Of a DNA stretch of 64,000 nt, positions 20,223 to 29,579 are shown one piece after another. Origin of the DNA: Minisyncoccota bacterium (GTDB lineage Bacteria; Patescibacteriota; Minisyncoccia; Phycocordibacterales; UBA9973); contig JAQULK010000001.1 in assembly GCA_028718635.1 (NCBI GenBank), positions 607,834-671,833 on the forward strand, in the 5' to 3' direction. The notes beneath the pieces are model-generated. The model was not told the origin of the DNA and did no database searches. It saw only the letters and a list, made by a program, of their open reading frames with translations. The position numbers were made by a program, and so were the translations under genes. The first letter of the stretch is position 1. Each line of letters starts with the position of its first letter.

Positions 20223-21275
20223 TTAAAATGAAGAAATAGGAAAACTCGCTTCGCTGATAGGTAGGGAAATCGTGACGCTTGTGCCTTTGTTTTCCTGACT
20301 TTTTATGGAAATCGTTCCTTTGTGATTCTCAACAATTTTTTTTGATAAAGTAAGTCCCAATCCTGCGCCGTCCGCATTCCTTGCCTTGTCTCCCCTAAAG
20401 AATGGATCGAAGATTCTTTCAATAATACTTTTGGGAATGCCTACCCCGCTATCGCTTATAGTTACAACATATTTATTTGAAATAATTTTGTCCGATACGG
20501 AAATATTTCCTTTGGGAGGAGTATATTTGATGGCGTTATCTAAAATATTATAAAATAACCGGCTGAGTTCGACTTTATTTCCTAGTATAGTTACCGGAGG
20601 TTCCATTATTTTTTTCTCAAAAGCAATCTCTTTACTAGAAGCTAGATTCTCACTTTTTTCTAAAATAAATTTTAATAATTTGCTTATATCAAGGGGTTCG
20701 CATTCCACGCATTTAGGCACATCATATTTTGATATATCGAGCAAAGTATTGCTGAGTTTTGAAAATTCCCTCATCTCGTCCAAAGTATCTTCGAGAGTTT
20801 TTTTTGCCAAAGTGAAATCTAATTTTTTATTATTCAAAGCGACTTCAAGCCCCGAGATGACCACTGCCGTGGGGGTACGAAGTTCATGAGAAGCATCCGC
20901 GATAAATCTCTTTTGTTTTTGCATATTGGATTTGATCGGTTCCAATGTTTTATAAGTAAGCAAAAATCCTAAGACGATAACCAAAATTATTATAATGCCA
21001 TCTATCGTCAAAAAACGATTTAACAATATATTTTGAGTTCTATTGATAATCAAATTAGCGGTATTCACATCTAAAAAGATATTGTCTAAAATCGATTGAG
21101 AAAAATTCGAAAGGATCGTGTTATAAAGCGTAATACTGGCACTGCCTAAAATTACGATTGCCGTAATCGAATAATAAAAAGTAAGCCTGAGCCGCGCTAT
21201 GAAAAATTCATCGTCTTTCAAGCTAGCCTTCCATTTTGTAACCGACTCCTCGAATTGTTTGTATAATTTTTCCAT
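20223..21275 (-). CDS. Sensor histidine kinase
   Basis: FIADASHELRTP, NILDNAIKY, DSGVGI, GAGLGL. Confidence 0.95.
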   Translation of the reverse strand: MEKLYKQFEESVTKWKASLKDDEFFIARLRLTFYYSITAIVILGSASITLYNTILSNFSQSILDNIFLDVNTANLIINRTQNILLNRFLTIDGIIIILVIVLGFLLTYKTLEPIKSNMQKQKRFIADASHELRTPTAVVISGLEVALNNKKLDFTLAKKTLEDTLDEMREFSKLSNTLLDISKYDVPKCVECEPLDISKLLKFILEKSENLASSKEIAFEKKIMEPPVTILGNKVELSRLFYNILDNAIKYTPPKGNISVSDKIISNKYVVTISDSGVGIPKSIIERIFDPFFRGDKARNADGAGLGLTLSKKIVENHKGTISIKSQENKGTSVTISLPISEASFPISSF

Positions 21276-21891
21276 TGTCCTTAATTTTTTTTCTTAGATT
21301 TTTTATATGCACATCCACTGTGTTGCTAAACGATGAATCTGCAAAATCCCATGCATGCGAATAAAGCTCATCACGGGTGACTACTTTATTTTTATTGCGC
21401 ATCAGATATTCAAGCACCATAAATTCCTTGAGCGTAAGAGAAATAATTTTGTTTTTATAAGTTACCGTTCTGCTGGCTGTGTTGATGCGGATCTCTCCCA
21501 AGGTAAGTATATCAGAGAAAGATTGTTTGGGACGCCGCAAAAGCGCGTGAACTCGAGCGAGAAGTTCTTTGAAAGCAAACGGCTTTGCCAAATAATCATC
21601 CGCTCCTGCATTGAGGCCGACGACCTTATCATCAATAGTATCTAGTGCTGTAAGCATCAGCACAGGAACCACGACACCATTCTCCCGCCAATTATTAGAA
21701 ATAATAACTCCATCCTTGCCAGGGAGCATCCTGTCTAGAATTACAAGATCATACTCATCGCGATTGAATAATATTCGACGTTCCGCGATCAAACCATCTC
21801 CTATGACGTCAACAGCGTACCCTTCTTGGATTAAACCCTGTTTCAAATTTTCAGCTAATTTTTTATTATCCTCAACAACTAATATTTTCAT
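21223..21891 (-). CDS. OmpR-family response regulator
   Basis: KILVVED, LDRMLP, GADDYLAKPF, VDVHIKNLRKK, IQTIRGVGY. Confidence 0.96.
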   Translation of the reverse strand: MKILVVEDNKKLAENLKQGLIQEGYAVDVIGDGLIAERRILFNRDEYDLVILDRMLPGKDGVIISNNWRENGVVVPVLMLTALDTIDDKVVGLNAGADDYLAKPFAFKELLARVHALLRRPKQSFSDILTLGEIRINTASRTVTYKNKIISLTLKEFMVLEYLMRNKNKVVTRDELYSHAWDFADSSFSNTVDVHIKNLRKKIKDNGKIIQTIRGVGYKMEG

Positions 21892-21978
21892 ATTATATAT
21901 ATTAACATTTCGAAGATTAAATCTTCATGAAGACCAAAGAATGCAAAAAATATAATTTTATGTTATTTTATATGCAAC

Positions 21979-22061
21979 GCGTCGGTGGTAGAGCGGTCAA
22001 ATACAAGGGACTGTAAATCCCTCGCCTTCGGGCTACGAAGGTTCGAATCCTTCCCGGCGCA
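21979..22061 (+). tRNA. tRNA-Tyr(GTA)
   Basis: Cloverleaf, anticodon loop ctGTAaa, long variable arm, GTTCGAATCC. Confidence 0.95.
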
Positions 22062-22068
22062 CAAAGAA

Positions 22069-24780
22069 TTATACTGAGGATCTGGTTCGTACTCGGATCG
22101 GGCTTTTGATTTTTGTTTTTTTAGTTTCGACGACGATCTCGTTATTTTTCTCAGAAACAAACACTGTATCCCCTTTGGAAACTTTGTTTGAAATAATATA
22201 AGACGCGACTGCGTTCAAAATTTTATTTTGAATCAAACGGTTCAGCGGTCTAGCCCCATAATGCGGGTTATAGCCTTCTTTCGACAAGTAAGAAAGCGCT
22301 CCGTCGGAAATTTCAAAATTTATTCCTTTAGCTTTTAGTCGATCCACTACGACTTTGATTCGCAAATTAACTATTTGTTTTAGAGCGGTTTCCGACAAAA
22401 CATCAAAAACAATAATTTCATCCAAGCGATTCAAAAATTCTGGACGGAAATTATCCTTTAAAGCCTCTGTAACTTTTTCTTTCATGTTGCCATAATCTTG
22501 TTTTTGAGAGTTATTAGAGAATCCAATTGATTCCATTTTTTCAACAAATTGCGAACCAATATTAGAAGTCAAAATTATAATAGTATTTTTAAAGTTTACT
22601 ACCCTTCCTTTGCCGTCAGTCAATCTTCCTTCATCAATCACTTGTAAAAGCATATTGAAAACTTCTGGATGAGCTTTTTCAATTTCATCGAAAAGGATCA
22701 CCGCATACGGGCGATGCCGAACAGCTTCGGTCAACTGACCAGCCTCATCATAACCCACGTAGCCTGGCGGAGATCCGATAAGCTTGGACATAGAATGTCT
22801 CTCGGTGTATTCAGACATATCTACACGAATAACGGCACTTTCGTCATTGAACATAAATTGCCCGAGCGCTTTTGTGAGCTCTGTCTTACCCACACCTGAT
22901 GGACCTAAAAAAATAAAAGAACCTATCGGACGATTCGGGTCTCCGATACCGGCGCGAGAACGGCGAATAACATCAGCTACGCGCGAGATAGCATTATCCT
23001 GTCCCACGACTCTTTTCTTTAATTCAGCCTCCATTTTTTCAAGTTTTTCACGTTCTTCTTCAAGCATCTTTGTAAGTGGTATCCCTGTCCAACGAGCTAC
23101 CACCTCGGCTATATCTTCAGCCGTAATTTCTTCTTTCAAAATTCTGCGGGATTTTTGCAATTTCTTTAATCGGGCAAGTTTTACATCCAGCTCTTTTTGA
23201 AGCATAGGTATTTTCCCATAGCGCAATTCAGCCGCTAAAGTAAGATCCGCTTTCATTTCTGCGCCTTCAGCTTCTAAGCGGATGCTCTCAAGCTCTTTCT
23301 TTATATCTCTGATTTCAGACACGATTGTTTTTTCATTCTGCCATTTTAATTCGAGCTCTTTTGTCTTCTCGGACAGATTGCCTATTTCTTTATCAATTTC
23401 TTTAATTCTATTTTTTATTTCATTATTTTTTTCTTGTCCTTTTCCTTTTTGCTTTTCTTCTCCATTAAAAGAGCTGATCTCTTTCTTCAAAGCTTCTTTT
23501 TCAATTTCCAAACGCATTGTCTTTTTATTGGCATCTTCTAAAATCGGCGGTTTGTTTTCTAGCATTATCTTTAATGAGGAAGAAGCCTCGTCAATCAAAT
23601 CCACAGCTTTGTCAGGTAAAAATCTATTTGTAATGTAACGAGAAGAAAGATTGACGGCAGCCACGATGGCATCATCAGTAATTCGTATTCCATGAAAAAG
23701 TTCGTATCTTTCTTTTAACCCACGAAGAATTGCAGTCGCATCTTCTACGCTGGGTTCATCGATATAGACAGGCTGGAAACGGCGAGCTAAAGCGGGATCT
23801 TTTTCTATGTGTTTTTGATATTCACGCAAAGTTGTTGCGCCGATAGCCCGCAATTCTCCGCGCGCTAGCGCCGGCTTCAACATATTCGAAGCATCCATGG
23901 TGCCTTCTGCTCCGCCTGCACCGACGATAGTGTGAATCTCATCAATAAAAAGAATTATTTTTCCAGCCGATCTCTCGATCTCTTTCATTAAACCTTTCAA
24001 TCTCTCCTCAAACTCTCCGCGATACTTTGTACCGGCCACGAGCATTCCCAAGTCAAGAGAAACGACTTCTTTGTCCTTCAAGGATTCAGGCGTATTATTT
24101 TTTGCGATTAATTGCGCCAACCCTTCCGCTATAGCGGTTTTTCCTGTCCCCGCTTCTCCAATCAAGATAGGGTTATTTTTTGTTCGGCGCGAAAGAATCT
24201 GCATTATGCGAGTGATTTCATTGTCTCGGCCAATAACCGGGTCCAGCTTGTCTTCCCTTGCCAGCTTGGTCAAATTGCGGGTATATTTCATCAATAATTT
24301 GAATTTTTTTGGCTCAGTTACATCCGTAATGTTTTGACTGCGAAGCTCCTCTAAGACCTTCATTACTTGATCTTTGTGAATTCTAAATCGCGCCAAAGTC
24401 TCGCGAGCTTCACTCATGACTTCGAGAATTGCGATAAAAAGATGTTCGGTTGAAACGAAATCATCTTTCATAAATTCTGCCAGTTTCGCTGATTGTTCTA
24501 TGACTTGCGCTAAATCAGGATTGAGATAAATCTGATACGAAGGTGAAATGGTGTTTCGCGATTCCGGCGACTCAATCAATTCTAAAACCGAGTCGGTCAA
24601 AAGTATCGTATCAATTTCCAATTTATCTAAAATAGAATTCACCATGGACTCTTCTTGGAGCAAGAGCGCGCCAAGCAAATGCAAGGAAGACACATGGTTT
24701 ACCCCGCGTTCAATAGCTAGCTCGTGGGCTTTTTTAATGGCATCTTTGGCTTTAGTTGTAAATTTATTTAATGGTGGCAT
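22069..24780 (-). CDS. clpB: Chaperone ClpB
   Basis: [16 protein letters not shown], middle coiled coil, [22 protein letters not shown]. Confidence 0.95.
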   Translation of the reverse strand: MPPLNKFTTKAKDAIKKAHELAIERGVNHVSSLHLLGALLLQEESMVNSILDKLEIDTILLTDSVLELIESPESRNTISPSYQIYLNPDLAQVIEQSAKLAEFMKDDFVSTEHLFIAILEVMSEARETLARFRIHKDQVMKVLEELRSQNITDVTEPKKFKLLMKYTRNLTKLAREDKLDPVIGRDNEITRIMQILSRRTKNNPILIGEAGTGKTAIAEGLAQLIAKNNTPESLKDKEVVSLDLGMLVAGTKYRGEFEERLKGLMKEIERSAGKIILFIDEIHTIVGAGGAEGTMDASNMLKPALARGELRAIGATTLREYQKHIEKDPALARRFQPVYIDEPSVEDATAILRGLKERYELFHGIRITDDAIVAAVNLSSRYITNRFLPDKAVDLIDEASSSLKIMLENKPPILEDANKKTMRLEIEKEALKKEISSFNGEEKQKGKGQEKNNEIKNRIKEIDKEIGNLSEKTKELELKWQNEKTIVSEIRDIKKELESIRLEAEGAEMKADLTLAAELRYGKIPMLQKELDVKLARLKKLQKSRRILKEEITAEDIAEVVARWTGIPLTKMLEEEREKLEKMEAELKKRVVGQDNAISRVADVIRRSRAGIGDPNRPIGSFIFLGPSGVGKTELTKALGQFMFNDESAVIRVDMSEYTERHSMSKLIGSPPGYVGYDEAGQLTEAVRHRPYAVILFDEIEKAHPEVFNMLLQVIDEGRLTDGKGRVVNFKNTIIILTSNIGSQFVEKMESIGFSNNSQKQDYGNMKEKVTEALKDNFRPEFLNRLDEIIVFDVLSETALKQIVNLRIKVVVDRLKAKGINFEISDGALSYLSKEGYNPHYGARPLNRLIQNKILNAVASYIISNKVSKGDTVFVSEKNNEIVVETKKTKIKSPIRVRTRSSV

Positions 24781-24856
24781 ATATTTTTATATAATTTAAT
24801 TTTTTTTACTTAACTCTATACTTGCATTATACACTACGTGTCAAGTGTATGAAGTC

Positions 24857-25648
24857 TTACTGAAGGTTAGATGAAGAAGAACCTGTTTTTACAGACGCGG
24901 TTACCGATGCCAAAGCATCAGTAATAGTTTTTATTGAGGCAAAATTTGTCATATCATTAAAGAGAGCGATGCCGAGAGCTTCTCCGTCTAAATTTAACAC
25001 TAAGCCTCCGGCATTTGATTTAGTAACATTGATGTCAACATTCTTATTCCCTTCAAAAATAGAAGAAGATATGCTATTGCCAAAAAGTAAAACTCTCTGT
25101 CCCGCTTTCATTTTATCCAAATCCCCAAAAACTGGTACTGAAAAAGATAATTTATTTTTCACGTCAACTGTAGAGCCTATCTTCAGAAAAGAAAATCCGG
25201 ACTTGTCAGCTAAAATGAAATCTGCCTTGAATTTTCCGCTATCATTTTTTACATAATAAACTTCTTTGTCGGGAACGAGAGTCGCATCGGCTGCAATAAT
25301 TCCATCAGCAGAAACTACAAACCCTCTTCCTGCTCCCACTTCGACAGTTTTCAGATCTGCGTCTTGGGTTTCCTTAGTTATGGAAAACACAGCGGATTTA
25401 TTTTTGGCAATAGCATCTACTACCAGGTCTTCTTCTTTGATGACCACTGTTTGAACTGTTTTTTTCCCCTCCACTTGTTGAATTTTCTCAATTGTCTGCT
25501 GGACCACGTGATTAATCGGAGTAGTGATCGACGGCGGAGCCTGTTGCATTAAGGTCACAGTCGTTATACCTGTCGCAATGGAAGTAACAAAACTAAGCAA
25601 GATAGCGAGCAAAATAAGTTGAGTTTTATTTAATTCCTTGATATCCAT
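24857..25648 (-). CDS. Membrane-anchored trypsin/HtrA-like domain protein, probably inactive
   Basis: GRGFVVSADG and GGLVLNLDGEALGI; catalytic His and Ser motifs degenerate. Confidence 0.65.
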   Translation of the reverse strand: MDIKELNKTQLILLAILLSFVTSIATGITTVTLMQQAPPSITTPINHVVQQTIEKIQQVEGKKTVQTVVIKEEDLVVDAIAKNKSAVFSITKETQDADLKTVEVGAGRGFVVSADGIIAADATLVPDKEVYYVKNDSGKFKADFILADKSGFSFLKIGSTVDVKNKLSFSVPVFGDLDKMKAGQRVLLFGNSISSSIFEGNKNVDINVTKSNAGGLVLNLDGEALGIALFNDMTNFASIKTITDALASVTASVKTGSSSSNLQ

Positions 25649-25732
25649 CCCGTTAGAAGCAGGTCGCGGTCAATAATAATTTCATTTACTTTCCCGTCAA
25701 AAACTGCGACCGCGGCTTCTAACGGGATCCAT
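25646..25732 (-). mobile_element. Start-codon-associated IR element
   Basis: ATGGA-TCCCGTTAGAAGC...GCTTCTAACGGG-ATGGA. Confidence 0.8.
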
Positions 25733-25735
25733 ACC

Positions 25736-27022
25736 CTAATGATACCATTTTTTTAGTTTAGTCAAAATTTTTACTAAAACTTTTATAGTATAATCAATAT
25801 CCTCTTTTGTTGTATCTCTGCCTAAAGAAAAACGCACTCCACCAGTATCATCATACCAAGGGTTCCCCTTGGCAAGTTTTACCAAGGGGAACCCTTGGTA
25901 TTGTGCTTGACGAATTGCTTTGATTACATAAGATCCTCCGCTTTCCCCGCTCTTGCACGCGCTCTTGGCCGACGTCATTATCCCCTTTGCAGAAAGTTCA
26001 ATCACTAATAGATCGCTCGGAATTTTTGGAAATGTTACATTTACATTATTCGGCAATCTATTTTTCAAATCTCCATTAATTATATAACCTTGCGGACGTT
26101 GGACGTCCGATTTTCGGACGTCCAACGTCCGCAACCTCTCCATAAAATAATTACGAAGTTTTTCCAAGCGTTTGCTTTCTTGTTCTTTAATATTTTGCGC
26201 TGATTTTAATGCACAGGAAAATTTTAAAATCTCCGGCAAATTTTCCGTGCCTGGACGAATTCCTCCTTCTTGATCTCCCCCGCCGAACACCTTCGCAAGC
26301 TTAATCGTTTTCTTTTTATAAAGAACTCCGACTCTGCCAGATTCCTGTATCTTTGAGCCGGAAAGTGAAAGCAAATCTATACCCAATCTCTCCACGTTTA
26401 GATCTAGATAATTTACCGCTTGTACTGCATCCGTATGGAAGAGCGGGAAAATACACCTCTCCCCAACCCTCTCCTTATTAAGGAGAGGGTGCTGAAAGCG
26501 GGTGAGGTTCTTCCAATGCTTAATTGCCTTTGCAATTTCTTTTATTGGCTGTATTGTCCCTATTTCATTATTCGCATACATTACCGAAACAAGTACAGTA
26601 TTTTTTTTTATTTCTTTTTTTATTTTTTTTGGATCTACTATTCCATTTGCTTCGACTGGTACGATCGTTATTTCTGCCAGCTTTCTTTCTGCTAACAACT
26701 TGCAAGTCTCAAGAACCGATGGATGCTCTATGTTAGTTGTTACAATATGCGGCATACGGAGGCAATTCCTCCGTACGGAGAAATTGCCTCCGTATGCTTT
26801 TTCAAACCAAGCCCACACTACTCCCTGTATTGCAAGATTGTTGCTTTCTGTACCACCACTTGTAAAAATTATTTCTTCTGGTCTAGCGCCCAAAATATCA
26901 GAAACTTCTTTCCGTGAATTTTGAAGTTTAATTTTTGCTTCTACCCCAGCCCTATGTACAGAACTAGAGTTTGCCGACGCGCTGGCGGCATAATCTAGAT
27001 ATATTTCATTTGATTTAGGCAT
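25736..27022 (-). CDS. iscS: Cysteine desulfurase (IscS/NifS family), with four palindromic insertions
   Basis: IYLDYAAS, FTSGGTESNN, ANNEIGTIQP, HTDAVQA, RPGTEN, SAC. Confidence 0.9.
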   Translation of the reverse strand: MPKSNEIYLDYAASASANSSSVHRAGVEAKIKLQNSRKEVSDILGARPEEIIFTSGGTESNNLAIQGVVWAWFEKAYGGNFSVRRNCLRMPHIVTTNIEHPSVLETCKLLAERKLAEITIVPVEANGIVDPKKIKKEIKKNTVLVSVMYANNEIGTIQPIKEIAKAIKHWKNLTRFQHPLLNKERVGERCIFPLFHTDAVQAVNYLDLNVERLGIDLLSLSGSKIQESGRVGVLYKKKTIKLAKVFGGGDQEGGIRPGTENLPEILKFSCALKSAQNIKEQESKRLEKLRNYFMERLRTLDVRKSDVQRPQGYIINGDLKNRLPNNVNVTFPKIPSDLLVIELSAKGIMTSAKSACKSGESGGSYVIKAIRQAQYQGFPLVKLAKGNPWYDDTGGVRFSLGRDTTKEDIDYTIKVLVKILTKLKKWYH

Positions 27023-27046
27023 AAAAATAGTATATATTGAAATTAC

Positions 27047-27132
27047 ATGAATCCCGTACGAAATTACGGGATTTGATTATCACATTAACACTTCTACCGT
27101 GAAAAATAAATGGTAGGATTTCGTACGGGATG
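27047..27132 (+). mobile_element. Start-codon-associated IR element (GTACGAAAT variant)
   Basis: ATGAA-TCCCGTACGAAAT...ATTTCGTACGGG-ATGAA. Confidence 0.75.
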
Positions 27133-27585
27133 AACACAAAGCTTCAAATTGTTTTTTTTATTTTGATTGGCATTATTATTCTACTCGGAATCGTTTGGGT
27201 TATCGTTACAGAAAAGCGCTTAAAAAGATTTTTCCTTGGCAAGAAAGCAAAAGATTTGGAAGACAACATCATTTCATTAGAAAATAATATAGCCGAATTA
27301 AATAAAACGAAGGACGCGATGCATAAAGATATCGCCGGAATAAACACTAAACTTAAAAAAAGCATTCGCGGACTGGAGACAATACGTTTCAATCCTTTTC
27401 CTGATCAAGGCAGTAATCAAAGTTTTGCTATTGGAATGCTTAATGAAGAAAATGACGGTTTGGTGATTTCAAGTTTATATTCTCGCGAACGAATGAGCGT
27501 ATTTGCCAAGCCCATCAAAAATGGAAAATCCGAGTACGAACTCACAGCTGAGGAAAAAGAAGTTTTGAAAAAAGCCCAAATATAA
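27130..27585 (+). CDS. DUF4446-like membrane protein
   Basis: N-terminal TM, RFNPF.DQGSNQSF, GLVISSLYSRE, AKPIKNGKSEYELTAEE. Confidence 0.8.
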   Translation: MNTKLQIVFFILIGIIILLGIVWVIVTEKRLKRFFLGKKAKDLEDNIISLENNIAELNKTKDAMHKDIAGINTKLKKSIRGLETIRFNPFPDQGSNQSFAIGMLNEENDGLVISSLYSRERMSVFAKPIKNGKSEYELTAEEKEVLKKAQI

Positions 27586-27587
27586 TA

Positions 27588-29105
27588 ATGGAAAAAGATA
27601 AACAAAAAGAAAATATAGTTAATCGTCCGCCTGTCGTGGTAGTCATGGGTCATATCGATCATGGCAAATCTACTCTGCTTGATTATATAAGGAAAACAAC
27701 TGTTACTGAAAAAGAAGCTGGGGGAATAACTCAGAGAATTTCCGCCTATGAAGTCACGCACCAAAACAGCAAGATAACTTTCATAGACACTCCAGGACAT
27801 GAAGCTTTTTCAAAAATGCGCGAACGTGGCGCAAAGATTGCCGACATTGCCATTTTGGTCGTTTCGGCGGAGGACGGCGTAAAACCGCAGACTATCGAAG
27901 CATGGAAAACTATTGTCGAGTCCGACACTCCATGCATTGTCGCTATAAACAAGATAGACAAAGTGGGCGCTGATATAGAAAAAACAAAAAAAGAATTAGC
28001 CGAACATGAAATCTATTTGGAGAGTTATGGAGGAAAAATTCCTTCCGTAGATATTTCTGCCAAAGTCGGTACTGGAGTGGACGAACTACTTTCACTTATT
28101 TTAATTTTAGCAGAAATGGAAAACTTTACTGGAGACAGCTCTCTGGATGCATCTGGATATGTAATTGAAGTGAACTTAGATTCCAAACGCGGAATAATGG
28201 CAACCTTGATAATAAAAAATGGAACTATCAAAAATGGAATGACTGTGGTAATCAGAGACGCTATGTGTTCCACGCGCATAATAGAGAATTTTCTTGGAAA
28301 GGCAATAAGCAAAGCTACTTTTTCCTCCCCTATTCGTATTGTAGGTTTTGATAAAATGCCGAGAGTGGGCGCGCAATTTAAAACTTTCCAAAAAAAGGGA
28401 GACGCCGTGGCGTATATAGAAAAGAGACCCCCTCGCCCTTCGGGCACTCCCCCTTCTCAAGGGGGAGAAAACGTGGTTAATAAAAAAATAATTCCAATAA
28501 TATTAAAAGCTGACGGCTCTGGATCTATTGAGGCGATTGAAAAAGAAATTTCTAAAATAAACTCTGATACCAGCACCACAATAAATAAAAATGCAGAATT
28601 CAGGATTGTCGGAAAAGGGATCGGGCCCATTTCTGAATCCGATATAAAAAATGCGTCATCTGGCGACACGATCGTCATAGGATTCAATGTAAAAGCAGAC
28701 AAAAGCGCAATTGATACAGCCCAAAAAAGAGACATAACGATTTCCTTCTTTAATATTATCTACCAAATGACAAAGTGGTTGGAGATCCAAATGGAAGAAA
28801 GAAGACCAAAAATTGAAACCATAGAAACAACTGGCCGAGCAAAGATTATTCGAGCCTTCAGTCGCACTAAGGAACGCCAAATTTTAGGAGGAAAAGTTAC
28901 GGAAGGGCAAATAGGACTAAACAGTGCTATTAGAATAATGCGACGAGGGTTTGAGATTGGCCGGGCAAAGATTGTTAATCTTGAAAAAAATAAAGTAAAA
29001 ACGAGTGAAATTTCCGAAGGTTCTGAGTTTGGAATGATGATTGAGTCAAAAATAGAAGTTGTCGCCGGAGATATATTAGAATCTTTTTCAATAACTCAAA
29101 AATAA
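27588..29105 (+). CDS. infB: Translation initiation factor IF-2 (short, no N-domain)
   Basis: RPPVVVVMGHIDHGKSTLLD, EAGGITQ, DTPGHEAF. Confidence 0.97.
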   Translation: MEKDKQKENIVNRPPVVVVMGHIDHGKSTLLDYIRKTTVTEKEAGGITQRISAYEVTHQNSKITFIDTPGHEAFSKMRERGAKIADIAILVVSAEDGVKPQTIEAWKTIVESDTPCIVAINKIDKVGADIEKTKKELAEHEIYLESYGGKIPSVDISAKVGTGVDELLSLILILAEMENFTGDSSLDASGYVIEVNLDSKRGIMATLIIKNGTIKNGMTVVIRDAMCSTRIIENFLGKAISKATFSSPIRIVGFDKMPRVGAQFKTFQKKGDAVAYIEKRPPRPSGTPPSQGGENVVNKKIIPIILKADGSGSIEAIEKEISKINSDTSTTINKNAEFRIVGKGIGPISESDIKNASSGDTIVIGFNVKADKSAIDTAQKRDITISFFNIIYQMTKWLEIQMEERRPKIETIETTGRAKIIRAFSRTKERQILGGKVTEGQIGLNSAIRIMRRGFEIGRAKIVNLEKNKVKTSEISEGSEFGMMIESKIEVVAGDILESFSITQK

Positions 29106-29107
29106 TA

Positions 29108-29142
29108 CACCTCACCCTAGCCCTCTCCTTATCAAGGAGAGG
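29108..29142. repeat. REP-like CCTCTCCTT-N3/5-AAGGAGAGG family
   Basis: Also at 26454-26490 (inside iscS) and 41889-41926. Confidence 0.75.
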
Positions 29143-29156
29143 AAAAAATAAAAATT

Positions 29157-29480
29157 ATGAACCAAAGGAATGAAAAAGTAGCGAATCAGATTAAAGAATT
29201 ATCAGCGCAATTTTTAGGACGCGAGGATAATAAAACTTCGCTCATCACCGTCACTTCCGCCACCACCTCTCCTGATTTAAAACGAGCGACTATCTTTATC
29301 ACCGTGCTTCCCGATTCCAAAGAAAAATCTGCGTTGGATTTTGTAAAGCGAAAGCTTAAAGATTTGCGGGAATATTTGAAGAAAAATATGCCGATTAAAA
29401 TTATTCCCTTTCTGGATGTGTCGATAGATCTTGGAGAAAAAAATAGGCAAAAAATTGACGAACTGCTTCGAAATGGTTAA
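29157..29480 (+). CDS. rbfA: Ribosome-binding factor A
   Basis: ITVT...SPDLKRATIFIT, IPFLD...D; follows infB. Confidence 0.9.
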   Translation: MNQRNEKVANQIKELSAQFLGREDNKTSLITVTSATTSPDLKRATIFITVLPDSKEKSALDFVKRKLKDLREYLKKNMPIKIIPFLDVSIDLGEKNRQKIDELLRNG

Positions 29481-29505
29481 ACTTCTTGAATAGTCTTTAA
29501 AAAAA

Positions 29506-29577
29506 GGCCTGGTAGCCAAGTGGTAAGGCATTCCTCTGCAAAAGGAATATACGGCGGTTCAATTCCGCCCCAGGCCT
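29506..29577 (+). tRNA. tRNA-Cys(GCA)
   Basis: Anticodon arm ttcct-ctGCAaa-aggaa; acceptor stem ggcctgg/ccaggcc. Confidence 0.95.
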
Positions 29578-29579
29578 CA

